DNA of 64,000 nucleotides from an uncultured Mycoplasmatota bacterium (GCA_900549625.1 URPE01000004.1:10885-74884), one strand, 5' to 3'; positions 1 to 9,256 are shown, counted from the stretch's first letter. Notes: generated by a model from the sequence alone, not told the origin. Numbers and translations: made by a program.

Positions 1-807
1 GATAAAATTATTTCTATGCGTGATGTTAAGATGGTTTTAATTGCGGGACCTTCCTCTAGTGGTAAAACAACAACTATGAAAAGATTAAAATCAATACTAA
101 AAGCCCGTGGCTATGAACCTATCGGTATATCAACAGATGATTTCTTTGTTGATAGAGAAGATACACCTAAAAATGATTTAGGTGAAAAAGATTTTGAATG
201 TTTACAAGCCATTGACTTAGAACTATTTAATAAAACATTAGAAAAACTACTAAACGAAGAAGAAGTTGAACTACCGGAATATGACTTTATAAATGGCAAA
301 AAAGTATTTAAAGGATGCAAAGTCAAACTAAAAGATAATAGCCTTCTTTTAATCGAAGGATTACATTGTTTAAATGATGACTTAATTCCTTACATAGATT
401 CTAAATATAAGTTTAAAATATACTTAAGCCCATTTATACCTCTTAATATTGATCGCCATAACTACATATCAACATTAGATTTACGTCTTATTAGAAGAAT
501 TGTCCGTGATAATCGTACTAGAGGTAAAAAAGTTGATGAAACCATTAAAGAATGGCAAGTAGTAAGAAAAGGTGAAGAAAATTATATATTCCCATATGTT
601 TATCAAGCAGACATGATTATTAACACAGCACTTGCCTATGAGATAGGAGTTTTAAAAGTTTATGCTATTCCCTTGTTATACTCAGTAGGTCTTGATAGCC
701 CATATTACAATGAAGCAAGAAGATTAATTCATTATTTAGAGGTTTTCTTCCCAATACCAGCTGAGTTTGTACCAAGTGGTTCAGTTTTAAGAGAATTTAT
801 AGGATAG
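1..807 (+). CDS. uridine kinase/phosphoribulokinase-family nucleoside kinase, 5' end outside window
   Basis: Frame is open from base 1 with no stop before ATG 16. P-loop GPSSSGKTT plus DDFF and EGLH motifs fit the uridine kinase/PRK family. Full-length relatives are longer. Confidence 0.65.
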   Translation, partial: DKIISMRDVKMVLIAGPSSSGKTTTMKRLKSILKARGYEPIGISTDDFFVDREDTPKNDLGEKDFECLQAIDLELFNKTLEKLLNEEEVELPEYDFINGKKVFKGCKVKLKDNSLLLIEGLHCLNDDLIPYIDSKYKFKIYLSPFIPLNIDRHNYISTLDLRLIRRIVRDNRTRGKKVDETIKEWQVVRKGEENYIFPYVYQADMIINTALAYEIGVLKVYAIPLLYSVGLDSPYYNEARRLIHYLEVFFPIPAEFVPSGSVLREFIG

Positions 808-824
808 AAAGAAGGAATTTTATT

Positions 825-1838
825 ATGATAAGAGTTGCAATTAATGGCTTTGGTCGCATAGGCCGTTTAGCCTTTAGAGAAATGATTACAGGTGTCAATT
901 TTGATGTTGTTGCCATTAATGATCTAAGTAGTGCCGAAGAACTTGCCTATTTATTAAAATATGATACTAATCATCGCCGTTTTTATGAAGATTTAATAGG
1001 TAATGTTGATAACAACTTAGTTATCAACAATCAAAAATACATTCCAGTATTTAACGAAACCGACCCAGAAAACTTACCATGGGAAAGTCTTGATGTTGAT
1101 TTAGTACTTGAGTGTACAGGACATTTTACTAGCCTTGAAGGTGCCCAAAAACATATTAAGGCAGGTGCTAAAAAAGTTCTTATTTCTGCACCTGGTAAAG
1201 GAGATATGAAAACCATTGTTTATGGTGTAAATGACAATATCTTAGATGGCAGTGAGACTATCGTTTCTGCAGCCTCTTGTACAACCAATTGTCTAGCACC
1301 AGTATTAAAAGTGATCGATGACAATTTTGGCATTAAAATGGGCTTCATGTCAACAATTCATGCTTATACAAACGATCAAGTAACATTAGACGTTGCTCAT
1401 AAAAAGGGTATTAAAGAAAGAAGAGGACGTGCTTGTGCCCAAAATATCGTTCCTACCTCAACGGGTGCTGCTAAAGCAATTGATAAAGTCTTACCAAACT
1501 TGAAAAATAAACTAAGTGGTGTAGCTTACCGTGTTCCGGTAAGTGATGGCTCTATGATTGATTTAACTCTATACCTTGAAAAAAATGTAACAAAAGAATT
1601 AATTAATGATACTTTAAGAAATAACGAAAGTGTTTGCTTAAAAACAACTAAAGATCCTATAGTATCTAGTGATGTAATTGGTATGAAAATTGCCTCTTTA
1701 GTAGATGAATCACTAACACAAGTAATCAAAACAGAAGACCAAGAACTAGTAAAAATAGTATCATGGTATGATAACGAAATGGGTTATACCCATCAAATGA
1801 TGAATACAGCCTACGCTTTATTTAAAAACGCTAAATAA
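825..1838 (+). CDS. gap: type I glyceraldehyde-3-phosphate dehydrogenase
   Basis: NGFGRIGR Rossmann motif, catalytic SCTTNC, WYDNE near the C-terminus, 337 aa. Confidence 0.95.
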   Translation: MIRVAINGFGRIGRLAFREMITGVNFDVVAINDLSSAEELAYLLKYDTNHRRFYEDLIGNVDNNLVINNQKYIPVFNETDPENLPWESLDVDLVLECTGHFTSLEGAQKHIKAGAKKVLISAPGKGDMKTIVYGVNDNILDGSETIVSAASCTTNCLAPVLKVIDDNFGIKMGFMSTIHAYTNDQVTLDVAHKKGIKERRGRACAQNIVPTSTGAAKAIDKVLPNLKNKLSGVAYRVPVSDGSMIDLTLYLEKNVTKELINDTLRNNESVCLKTTKDPIVSSDVIGMKIASLVDESLTQVIKTEDQELVKIVSWYDNEMGYTHQMMNTAYALFKNAK

Positions 1839-1849
1839 GCGTTTTTTTT
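1824..1849 (+). terminator. intrinsic terminator of gap
   Basis: AACGCT/AGCGTT hairpin spanning the stop codon, followed by T8. Confidence 0.6.
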
Positions 1850-2112
1850 ACATTACTAAAGTTACTAACTACTTTCAACGAATAAGTGAAATAAAATTTA
1901 AATGTGATTTTTATAAAGCTCCATGTTTTAGTGGAAAAATAAATTATTAAAACGATAAAAAAAAGACGAGAATTAACTCGCCTTTTAAAGTGTATTTTGT
2001 TATCTTTAAATTGCTATATAAAAAGTAATCAAAATACATTTAAGTAATATCACATTAGAAACTATTATGATACTTTTTTTGTAGTGAAAAGTATCAAAAA
2101 AAAGAGACTTTG

Positions 2113-2440
2113 CAATAAGCCTCGAACCTTTTGCTGTTGGACGTCACCTTGGTGGGGATAGTTATGAGTAAAAAGAATTTATTACCAACTTTCTATATTT
2201 TTTTACTAATTTTTTTGCAAGTCAGATTACTTTATAAAACCATATAGCATAAAGTAAATCCTCTTTTTCTGCTTACTACAAAAATACTTCTAAACAATGT
2301 GTTTAAATGTCCAAAAAATATAACCGAAGACGTTTAGCTCATGAAGACTAGAGGTTCTCTTTCTTTATTATATGAAATTGCTTTCTCTACATACATACTA
2401 GCATAAAAATGCTTGAAATAAAAGAGTAAATTTTGTAAAA
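2113..2440 (+). repeat. copy A of an unclassified ~330-bp intergenic repeat (copies B 3938-4165, C 60048-60376)
   Basis: Collinear with copy C over its whole length. Shared blocks include GATTACTTTATAAAACCATATAGCATA, ACTAGAGGTTCTCTTT, TTATTATATGAAATT and AAATAAAAGAGTAAAT. No conserved ORF. Confidence 0.8.
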
Positions 2441-2441
2441 T
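2413..2441 (+). promoter_or_regulatory. sigma-A type promoter at the 3' end of repeat copy A
   Basis: TTGAAA (2413-2418), 17-nt spacer, TAAAAT (2436-2441), facing the SD at 2453 and ATG at 2467. Confidence 0.5.
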
Positions 2442-2466
2442 TAAAGAAGAATAGGAGAGATAAATC

Positions 2467-3877
2467 ATGAAGTATAAATTCATTGGGGGGGGGGTTATTA
2501 AATAAGCATAACTCTCCAAAACTACAGAAATTTAAAGAAAATAATAGTAAAAGAAAAGTAATAGTAACAGCAATAATTATAAGTATATTGTTATTATCAG
2601 GTGTATATTTATATAGTTCTTTTGCTGTGTTTAGTGAAGAAAAAAACTTTAATGTAATAAATGGAACAGTAAGTGATCCAGGTGATATTTATTTTGCGTA
2701 TTACGTGGATGGTGAGATTACAAGAGATTTACCTGCACAGGGAAGTGGTTATACATTAGATATCGAAAAATCAAATTGTACTAATGGTGTGACAGTAAAT
2801 TGGGAAGAAAACACGTATTCGGCCATTATTACATACAGTAAATATAACGTCGAAGATTATACAAGGACGAGGTGTAATTTATATTTTAAAAAATTAGAGG
2901 TGTCCGCAATTGATTATATAAAAAAATTGTCAAAATATAATATTGAAACTCTTGCAAGGGACGAAGTAGGAGGAAATATAAGATATATTGGTGCTAATCC
3001 TGATAATTACGTAAATATAGATGGCGAATTATGGCGAATCATAGGTGTCATGAATAACATAGATGATGGTACAGGTAATAAAAGTGATAGAATTAAATTG
3101 ATTAAAAATGAAAGTATCGGTGCCTATTCGTGGGATAGTAGTGACAGCACTGTAAATAGTGGATTAGGTGTAAATGAATGGAGTCAGGCGGATTTAATGA
3201 AACTATTAAATCCTGGTTATGAAAGCGAAACAGTAGGTGGGTCATTATACTGGAATAGTGGATCAGGAAATTGTTATAATGGAAAAAACAATGCCACTAC
3301 AACTTGTGACTTTACAAAATCGGGTTTAAAGGAAAACTTGAAAGGCTTAATAGATGATGTGGTGTGGAATACTGGAAGCAATGGGTCAGATTTATTGTTT
3401 AACGAAATTGTGACTTCTAAATTTTATGAACTAGAAAGAAGTAGCAACAATGGTAAAATATGTTCAAGCGGAGACTATTGTAATGATGTTGTAACTAGGA
3501 CAACAACATGGAAAGGTAAGGTTGGCTTAATGTATCCATCAGATTATGGTTATGCCACAAGTGGTGGCAGTCCAACAGACAGAGCAACATGTTTAAACAC
3601 AAAATTAGGACATTGGGATAGTAGTTCGGTAAGAACTTGCTACTTGAATGACTGGCTATATAAAAATGGCTCTATTTGGCAAATAACTCCAGCTGCGAAC
3701 TCATCATATTATTATAAATATGGCAATGGAGTTTTTTGTATTGCTGAGACATCTGCTATGGGAGATGAATTTACAGCACTGGCATTTAATGTGTTTCCAG
3801 TTGTTTATATTTCTTCTTCAGCAAAAATCACATCTGGTATAGGTTCAAAAGAGTCGCCATTCATTTTAGGGCTGTGA
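2467..3877 (+). CDS. secreted/surface paralog family protein, interrupted by a +1 frame offset at the G10 tract (candidate phase-variable gene, OFF as sequenced)
   Basis: SD AGGAGA 2453-2458 and ATG 2467. The ATG frame stops at TAA 2503-2505. The long ORF (track 2483..3877) is in the next frame and has no own SD or ATG. N-terminal TM with SFAVFSEE motif. C-terminal domain is shared with 45462, 25725 and 26956. Confidence 0.65.
2485..2494 (+). repeat. poly(G)10 homopolymer tract inside the 5' coding region
   Basis: Direct count of 6 G at the end of block 2481-2490 plus 4 G at the start of 2491-2500. Consistent with the track translation MGGGLL. Confidence 0.9.
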
Positions 3878-3937
3878 GTGAAAAAAGTAGATTTACTAAA
3901 GTTTAAACTCAGATATAATGAAATGCTTTTATATTGA

Positions 3938-4165
3938 CTAATTTTTTTATTAGTCGGATTCTTATATGTGGTAATAATATAATAGTCACCTTACATTGTT
4001 TAAAATAAAAATCGTCTAAACATAGTGTTAGACGTTCTTAAAAACAATCGAGGACATCTAGCGACCAAACTAGAGGTTCTCTTTTTTATTATATGAAATT
4101 TCTTTCATTAGATACATATTAACACAAAAATTATTGAAATAAAAGAGTAAATTTTTATGCAAAAT
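3938..4165 (+). repeat. copy B (shorter, 5'-diverged) of the intergenic repeat
   Basis: Shares the hairpin CGTCTAAACA..TGTTAGACG, ACTAGAGGTTCTCTTTTTTATTATATGAAATTTCTTTCATTA and AAATAAAAGAGTAAAT with copies A and C. Confidence 0.75.
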
Positions 4166-4169
4166 TTGC

Positions 4170-4202
4170 TTGACAAATTGTTTGAGGGGGGGGGGTTATA
4201 AT
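4170..4202 (+). promoter_or_regulatory. candidate promoter whose -35/-10 spacer contains the second G10 tract
   Basis: TTGACA 4170-4175 and TATAAT 4197-4202. The spacer is 21 nt as sequenced and includes G10. Confidence 0.45.
4186..4195 (+). repeat. poly(G)10 homopolymer tract, about 98 nt upstream of ATG 4293
   Basis: Direct count (5+5 G across blocks 4181-4200). Flanks AAATT..TTG and TTAT.A.T.AGC resemble those of the tract at 2485. Confidence 0.9.
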
Positions 4203-4292
4203 TAGCTTGTATAAAAGAATGCTTGGGTGATGCCTATCGATTGGTTGGTTTGTTTGTAATTTTGAATATTAAAAAAGAAAGGTTTTGAGAAA

Positions 4293-5501
4293 ATGAAAAA
4301 GAAAATATTAAGTTTAATTGCTCTTGGTTTGGTTTGCGTACCATTTGTTTGTAATGCAGAGACTGTAGATAGTACACATATTGCTTATACAGAAAATTAT
4401 TTTGGTTTAAATGAGGATCTTTCCGAATCACAACTTATCATTGATGATGTTAAAGAATATGATAAACTTACTTTTAAACAAAACAGACATGAAAATACTG
4501 GTAAAGTAGAGCTTAAAAAAGATGCTAAAATTGGAGGATTTGACATCTTTCATAATCCTTTAACATATGTTGCTAATGGCGTGAATGTTGTGTCTGAATT
4601 GCCTGGTACTAGAGATGACCTTAAATTTATTATGGAAGGTGAAGGTAGTATAACTGTTTATGGTGTTTACTTAGGAGGCTATGGCAAAATTGATAGTGAA
4701 ACTATTAAAACGGCTTATTATGGTGATACTTGTGTTAAAGATAGTGATAATATTTGTTATTACTTTAAAACAAAAGAAGATTTTGCTGATAAGTTTGATA
4801 GCTTAAAAACTTTAAGTGTTAATAAAGGAATGGATAGTAAATTAACAAGTGATGACTTTGTAAATGGTACTAATAAGGCTAGTATTAAAGAAGATGAAGA
4901 TCATAAATGGATTACTAAAGAATGGATTAATGAACACATTACAACTGATATGAATGTTGTTTATAATGATAATGGTTCTGTAACATTTACAAGTGAAAAA
5001 GAAGAAGAGAAAGCATATTCTTTAAAAAGCAATTTAAATGTTGTATTTACTAGTAAAACAGAACTTGATAAGGCTTATACTTTAAAAACACCAACTATTA
5101 AAGCAGCTGATTATACAATAGATGGTTATACTTCAATATCAGGTTATGATATTAGTGTTTATAATGGTAATCAAGTAGTTGAAATGAAAAATGGAGATTT
5201 TGAAATAACAATTCCAATTGCTGTTAAATATGATAAATATGTTGTTGCTTATGTAAAAGATGGTAAAATAGTAGAAACAATTGATGCATCTTATAAAGAC
5301 GGTTTTGTAACATTTAAAACAACACATTTATCAGAATATGTAGTGTTTGGTAAGAATCTTAATAATGGTTCTAGTGAAACTACAAATGAGACTGAAAAAA
5401 ATCCTCAAACAGGTGATAATATATTAGTTATGTTAGCAGGTTTAATTTTATCTGGTAGTGCATTAATATATGCTGGTGCAAAAAAACTTAAGAGAAATTA
5501 A
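4293..5501 (+). CDS. cell-wall-anchored surface protein with NPQTG sorting signal
   Basis: N-terminal signal peptide (..VCNAETV). C-terminal NPQTG, then a hydrophobic stretch, then KKLKRN. Confidence 0.75.
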   Translation: MKKKILSLIALGLVCVPFVCNAETVDSTHIAYTENYFGLNEDLSESQLIIDDVKEYDKLTFKQNRHENTGKVELKKDAKIGGFDIFHNPLTYVANGVNVVSELPGTRDDLKFIMEGEGSITVYGVYLGGYGKIDSETIKTAYYGDTCVKDSDNICYYFKTKEDFADKFDSLKTLSVNKGMDSKLTSDDFVNGTNKASIKEDEDHKWITKEWINEHITTDMNVVYNDNGSVTFTSEKEEEKAYSLKSNLNVVFTSKTELDKAYTLKTPTIKAADYTIDGYTSISGYDISVYNGNQVVEMKNGDFEITIPIAVKYDKYVVAYVKDGKIVETIDASYKDGFVTFKTTHLSEYVVFGKNLNNGSSETTNETEKNPQTGDNILVMLAGLILSGSALIYAGAKKLKRN

Positions 5502-5550
5502 TTAGGTGGGTGAAAGCCTGCCTTTTATTTTGATAGAAAGAAAGTTGTTT

Positions 5551-6372
5551 ATGAAGAAGAAAAAGTATAAATTACGTTTAAAAAATATAGGTCATATATT
5601 ATTATTTATGGTTTTATTAATTATATTTGTTTTTTGTTTTATTAGATTAATTTGTTGGACTAAAGATAATAAAGCTTCTAATGAAATATTAGAAGACGTT
5701 AATGAGTTAGTTGAAGTAAAAGAAGAAACTACAGATGAGGCTAAAAAAGAAGAAGATGAAACTAAAATTGATGCTAGTGACCCTTATTGGGATTTTATTA
5801 ATACCTCTTTTTTAAGTATAGATTATTCTAAATTAAGAGAAAAGAATAAAGATATTATAGGCTGGGTAAAAGTTAATAGTACTAATATTAATTATCCAGT
5901 TGTACAGTATAGCGATAATGAATACTATTTAACCCATGATTTATATAGAAACTATAATGGGGGTGGATGGGTATTTTTAGATTATCGTAATAAAAATGAT
6001 TTTAATAATAAGAATTCAATTATATATGCTCACGGTAGAGAAAATAAAACGATGTTTGGAACTTTAAAAAATATTTTAAATAAAGAATGGTATCAAAATA
6101 AAGATAATTATGTTATTAAAACTAGTTCTTTAAGTGGTTCTTATGTATGGCAAGTTTTTAGTGTATATAAAATCCCTAATACTAATGATTATATTAAAAC
6201 TAATTTTAATACTGATAGTGAATATCAAACATTTTTAAATTTAATTACTAAAAGAAGTATATATAATTTTAATACTAATGTAATAATAAATAATAAAATT
6301 TTGACTTTATCCACTTGTTTTGATGATAATTCAAAGGTTGTCTTACATGCTAAATTAATAAAAAGTTATTAA
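5551..6372 (+). CDS. srtB: class B sortase
   Basis: N-terminal TM. DIIGWVKV..INYPVVQ, IYAHG (His) and TLSTC (Cys) motifs are typical of SrtB. ATG 5551 is preferred over the track's upstream start at 5506. Confidence 0.8.
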   Translation: MKKKKYKLRLKNIGHILLFMVLLIIFVFCFIRLICWTKDNKASNEILEDVNELVEVKEETTDEAKKEEDETKIDASDPYWDFINTSFLSIDYSKLREKNKDIIGWVKVNSTNINYPVVQYSDNEYYLTHDLYRNYNGGGWVFLDYRNKNDFNNKNSIIYAHGRENKTMFGTLKNILNKEWYQNKDNYVIKTSSLSGSYVWQVFSVYKIPNTNDYIKTNFNTDSEYQTFLNLITKRSIYNFNTNVIINNKILTLSTCFDDNSKVVLHAKLIKSY

Positions 6373-6416
6373 ATAATTAATTCTTGGTGTATAATACTAA
6401 TTAGGAGGCACCAATA

Positions 6417-7262
6417 ATGAAAACAGGAATGGTTATATTAAATTATAATGATTATGAAAATACTATAAAAATGATTTTACAAGTTAGAGATTATAAAAAT
6501 ATTAATAAAATTGTCGTAGTTGATAATCATAGTACAGATTCTTCAGTAGAGAAAATAACTCCTTATTTAAATAAGCATGTTGTTTTAGTAGAAGCACGTA
6601 AGAATGGCGGGTATGCTTTTGGTAATAATCTGGGACTTAAATACTTAGAAAAAAATACTGATTGTGAACTTGCAATAATTAGTAATCCTGATGTTTTAGT
6701 AAGTGAAAGTGTTATAACGGAACTTATTCATGATATGAAAAAAGATGAAAGTATTTCTTTTTTAGGGCCAAAGATACTAGAAAGAGGACATATTACTAAG
6801 GGTTGGAAATTACCAAGTTTATGGTGTGAGGCATTATCTTGTATAAATTATTTTAATAGATATAGTTTTAATATACAAAAGTATCCTGATAATTATTATA
6901 ATGAAAAGATAGTTAGGGTAGAAGTTTTACACGGGTGCTTTTTTATGGCAAGATTAAAAGATTTTAAGAAGATTAAATATTTTGATCCACATACATTTTT
7001 ATATTATGAAGAAAATATTATTGCAAAGAAAGCTCAAGTTTATGATTTAAAATCTTGTGTTGATACTTCTTTAAGTGTTACACATTTATCTAGTCAAACG
7101 GTGTCTAAAAATCTAAATAAAGTACGTAAGTATAAGGCTTTAAAGAAAAGTATGTTTTATTATGAAAAAGAGTATAATCACTTAAATATATTGGGAATGA
7201 TATTTCTAAAAGTATTATATTATATAAGTTTAGGAATAGCGTATTTAACGTTTTGGATATAA
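6417..7262 (+). CDS. family 2 glycosyltransferase
   Basis: VILNYN..VVVDNHSTD..GGYAFGNN GT2 signature. SD AGGAGG upstream. Confidence 0.75.
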   Translation: MKTGMVILNYNDYENTIKMILQVRDYKNINKIVVVDNHSTDSSVEKITPYLNKHVVLVEARKNGGYAFGNNLGLKYLEKNTDCELAIISNPDVLVSESVITELIHDMKKDESISFLGPKILERGHITKGWKLPSLWCEALSCINYFNRYSFNIQKYPDNYYNEKIVRVEVLHGCFFMARLKDFKKIKYFDPHTFLYYEENIIAKKAQVYDLKSCVDTSLSVTHLSSQTVSKNLNKVRKYKALKKSMFYYEKEYNHLNILGMIFLKVLYYISLGIAYLTFWI

Positions 7263-7263
7263 G

Positions 7264-8061
7264 ATGGAAAAAATAGCTATTATAAGTGATATACATGGTA
7301 ATTTAGAAGCTTTAAAAAGTGTACTTATAGATATAAAAAAAGAAAATATTAATAATATTTATTGTTTAGGGGATATTATTGGTAAGGGAATGCACCCGAA
7401 TGAATGTTTTGGGATGGTTAGTGATAATACTAAAGTTATTGTAAGAGGTAATTTTGAGAAATGGATAGGACTTGAAAGTGATTATGCTAGTAAAGCGTGG
7501 TGTTTTAATAGAGCTCTTTTAAATAATGATACTTATAGAGGGATAAGATCTTTACCTTTTAGCTATGAGTTTTATTTAAGTGGCAGGTTAGTAAGACTAT
7601 TTCATGCAACACCTTATGATATTAATAAAAAGATTTTTGCTTTTAGTAATAATGAGGCCTTAAAAAGTATGTTTTATAAACCTTTAGATTCTGTTATAGA
7701 TGGGTATAGCGATGTAGCTATTTATGGACACACTCATAATGCTTTTGTGAGTTCTTTATATAATAGAACTCTTATTAATGCAGGAAGTGTTGGTATTCCT
7801 TTAGATTTAATTCATGATGATATGTTTGATGGGTGCCCGGGTTTTACAGCTATGGCTCATTATTTAATATTAGAAGGAGAGTTAAATTCCTTAGAAAAAG
7901 GTTATATGGGGATTATGATTAAGCAAGTTCCTTATGATATAGAATTTGAGTTAAAGGATTCAAAGAATAATATAGATAAAAGAGGTTATGAAATGGAACT
8001 TAGACTAGGTAAGTATCGTGATCAAAATAGATTGAATAGAATTATTAATGAAAATAAGTAG
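7264..8061 (+). CDS. metallophosphoesterase
   Basis: ISDIHGN, GDIIGKG and GHTH motifs. Confidence 0.7.
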   Translation: MEKIAIISDIHGNLEALKSVLIDIKKENINNIYCLGDIIGKGMHPNECFGMVSDNTKVIVRGNFEKWIGLESDYASKAWCFNRALLNNDTYRGIRSLPFSYEFYLSGRLVRLFHATPYDINKKIFAFSNNEALKSMFYKPLDSVIDGYSDVAIYGHTHNAFVSSLYNRTLINAGSVGIPLDLIHDDMFDGCPGFTAMAHYLILEGELNSLEKGYMGIMIKQVPYDIEFELKDSKNNIDKRGYEMELRLGKYRDQNRLNRIINENK

Positions 8062-8068
8062 GTGGATT

Positions 8069-9256
8069 ATGAAAAAATATATATTTATTGTTGGTTCAAG
8101 AGGTTATAAATTTAATTATGGGGGATGGGAAACTTTTGTAACAGAATTAATGAAAAATCAAACTAATAAGGAATTTCAATATGTTATTCCTAAACTTAGT
8201 TTTGATAAAAAAGAGGATGGTAATATAATGCATACTGATAGTGTTATAGAACCAGTGGTTTTTACGCCAAAGCAAGGGTTTGCCACGATGTTTACTTTTA
8301 CAATTAGATCAATGAATAGAGTAGTAAAATATATAAATGATAATAAAATAGAAAATGCTATAGTTTTATTACTTGGTTGTAAAGTTGGTCCTTTAATTCC
8401 TATTTGGAAAAGAAAACTTAAGAATACGAAATTTATAATTAATCCAGATGGACTAGAATGGAAACGAGAAAAATGGGCTTGGTGGATTAAACAGTGTTTT
8501 AAGTATAGTGAAAAAACATGTGTTAAATATACTGATGCTTGTGTTTGCGATTCAATGGCTATAAAAAGTTATATTGATGAAAAATATGAGAGTTATCATA
8601 AACCATCTTATTATATTGCTTTTGGGGCTTATTTAGATATTGATATTCATAAAAATGAAATAGTAAAAAATTTGTGGAAACAATATGATATAAAGGATCA
8701 TGAGTATTACTTAATTGTTGGAAGGTTTGTACCAGAGAATAATTATGAAGTTATGATTAAGGAATTTATGAAATCTAAAACAAAAAAAGACTTAGTTATT
8801 ATTTGTAATTTAGAAGAAAATAAGTTTTATAAGTATTTACAAGAAAGTACTAATTTTATGAATGATAAAAGAATTAAGTTTATTGGTTCAGTATATGACA
8901 AAGAAGCATTGCTTTATTTTAGAAGACACGCTTATGCTTATATTCATGGACATTCTGCTGGTGGGACAAATCCATCTTTACTTGAGGCACTTGCTAATAC
9001 AAAGTTAAATATTTTGTTTGATGTTGTATATAATAAAGAAGTTGGTAAAGATTGTGTATTATATTTTTCAAAGAAAGATAATGATTTAAAGAAAGTGATT
9101 AATAAAGCTGAAAAATTAAGTAAGACAGAAATAAATAAAATGGGTATTAAAGCAAAAGAAAGAATAATGGATGCTTATACATGGGAAAGTATTGTTACAA
9201 AGTATGAAATGGTTTTTGATGAACTTTTAGGTGAAAAAATTAAGAAATCTAATTAG
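8069..9256 (+). CDS. DUF1972-type family 1 (GT4-like) glycosyltransferase, RgpA/WchF-like
   Basis: N-terminus IVGSRGY..YGGWETFV is typical of DUF1972. C-terminal GT1 motif (HGHSAGGTNPSLLEA). ATG 8069 with SD GGTGGA is preferred over 8048. Confidence 0.7.
   Translation: MKKYIFIVGSRGYKFNYGGWETFVTELMKNQTNKEFQYVIPKLSFDKKEDGNIMHTDSVIEPVVFTPKQGFATMFTFTIRSMNRVVKYINDNKIENAIVLLLGCKVGPLIPIWKRKLKNTKFIINPDGLEWKREKWAWWIKQCFKYSEKTCVKYTDACVCDSMAIKSYIDEKYESYHKPSYYIAFGAYLDIDIHKNEIVKNLWKQYDIKDHEYYLIVGRFVPENNYEVMIKEFMKSKTKKDLVIICNLEENKFYKYLQESTNFMNDKRIKFIGSVYDKEALLYFRRHAYAYIHGHSAGGTNPSLLEALANTKLNILFDVVYNKEVGKDCVLYFSKKDNDLKKVINKAEKLSKTEINKMGIKAKERIMDAYTWESIVTKYEMVFDELLGEKIKKSN

Noticed and set aside
111-326. 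Short antisense or alternate-frame ORFs in the track: 111-326, 1031-1216, 1526-1729, 5139-5327, 7105-7296, 15284-15466, 17146-17424, 22845-23054, 23311-23505, 24480-24677, 37541-37825, 39728-40003, 46468-46671, 49094-49360 and 53189-53395.
   Set aside because: Each lies wholly inside a longer ORF with clear family motifs. They have low-complexity or biased translations and no SD.
2483-2485. TTG at 2483 as the real start of the 464-aa ORF.
   Set aside because: It overlaps the G tract and sits 24 nt from the only SD. ATG 2467 has ideal SD spacing, so a tract-dependent frameshift explains the data better.
2334-2519. Minus-strand ORFs crossing the repeat copies (2334-2519 and 4234-4431).
   Set aside because: They are not conserved between the three repeat copies, have no SD, and have odd composition. 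The repeat is treated as non-coding.
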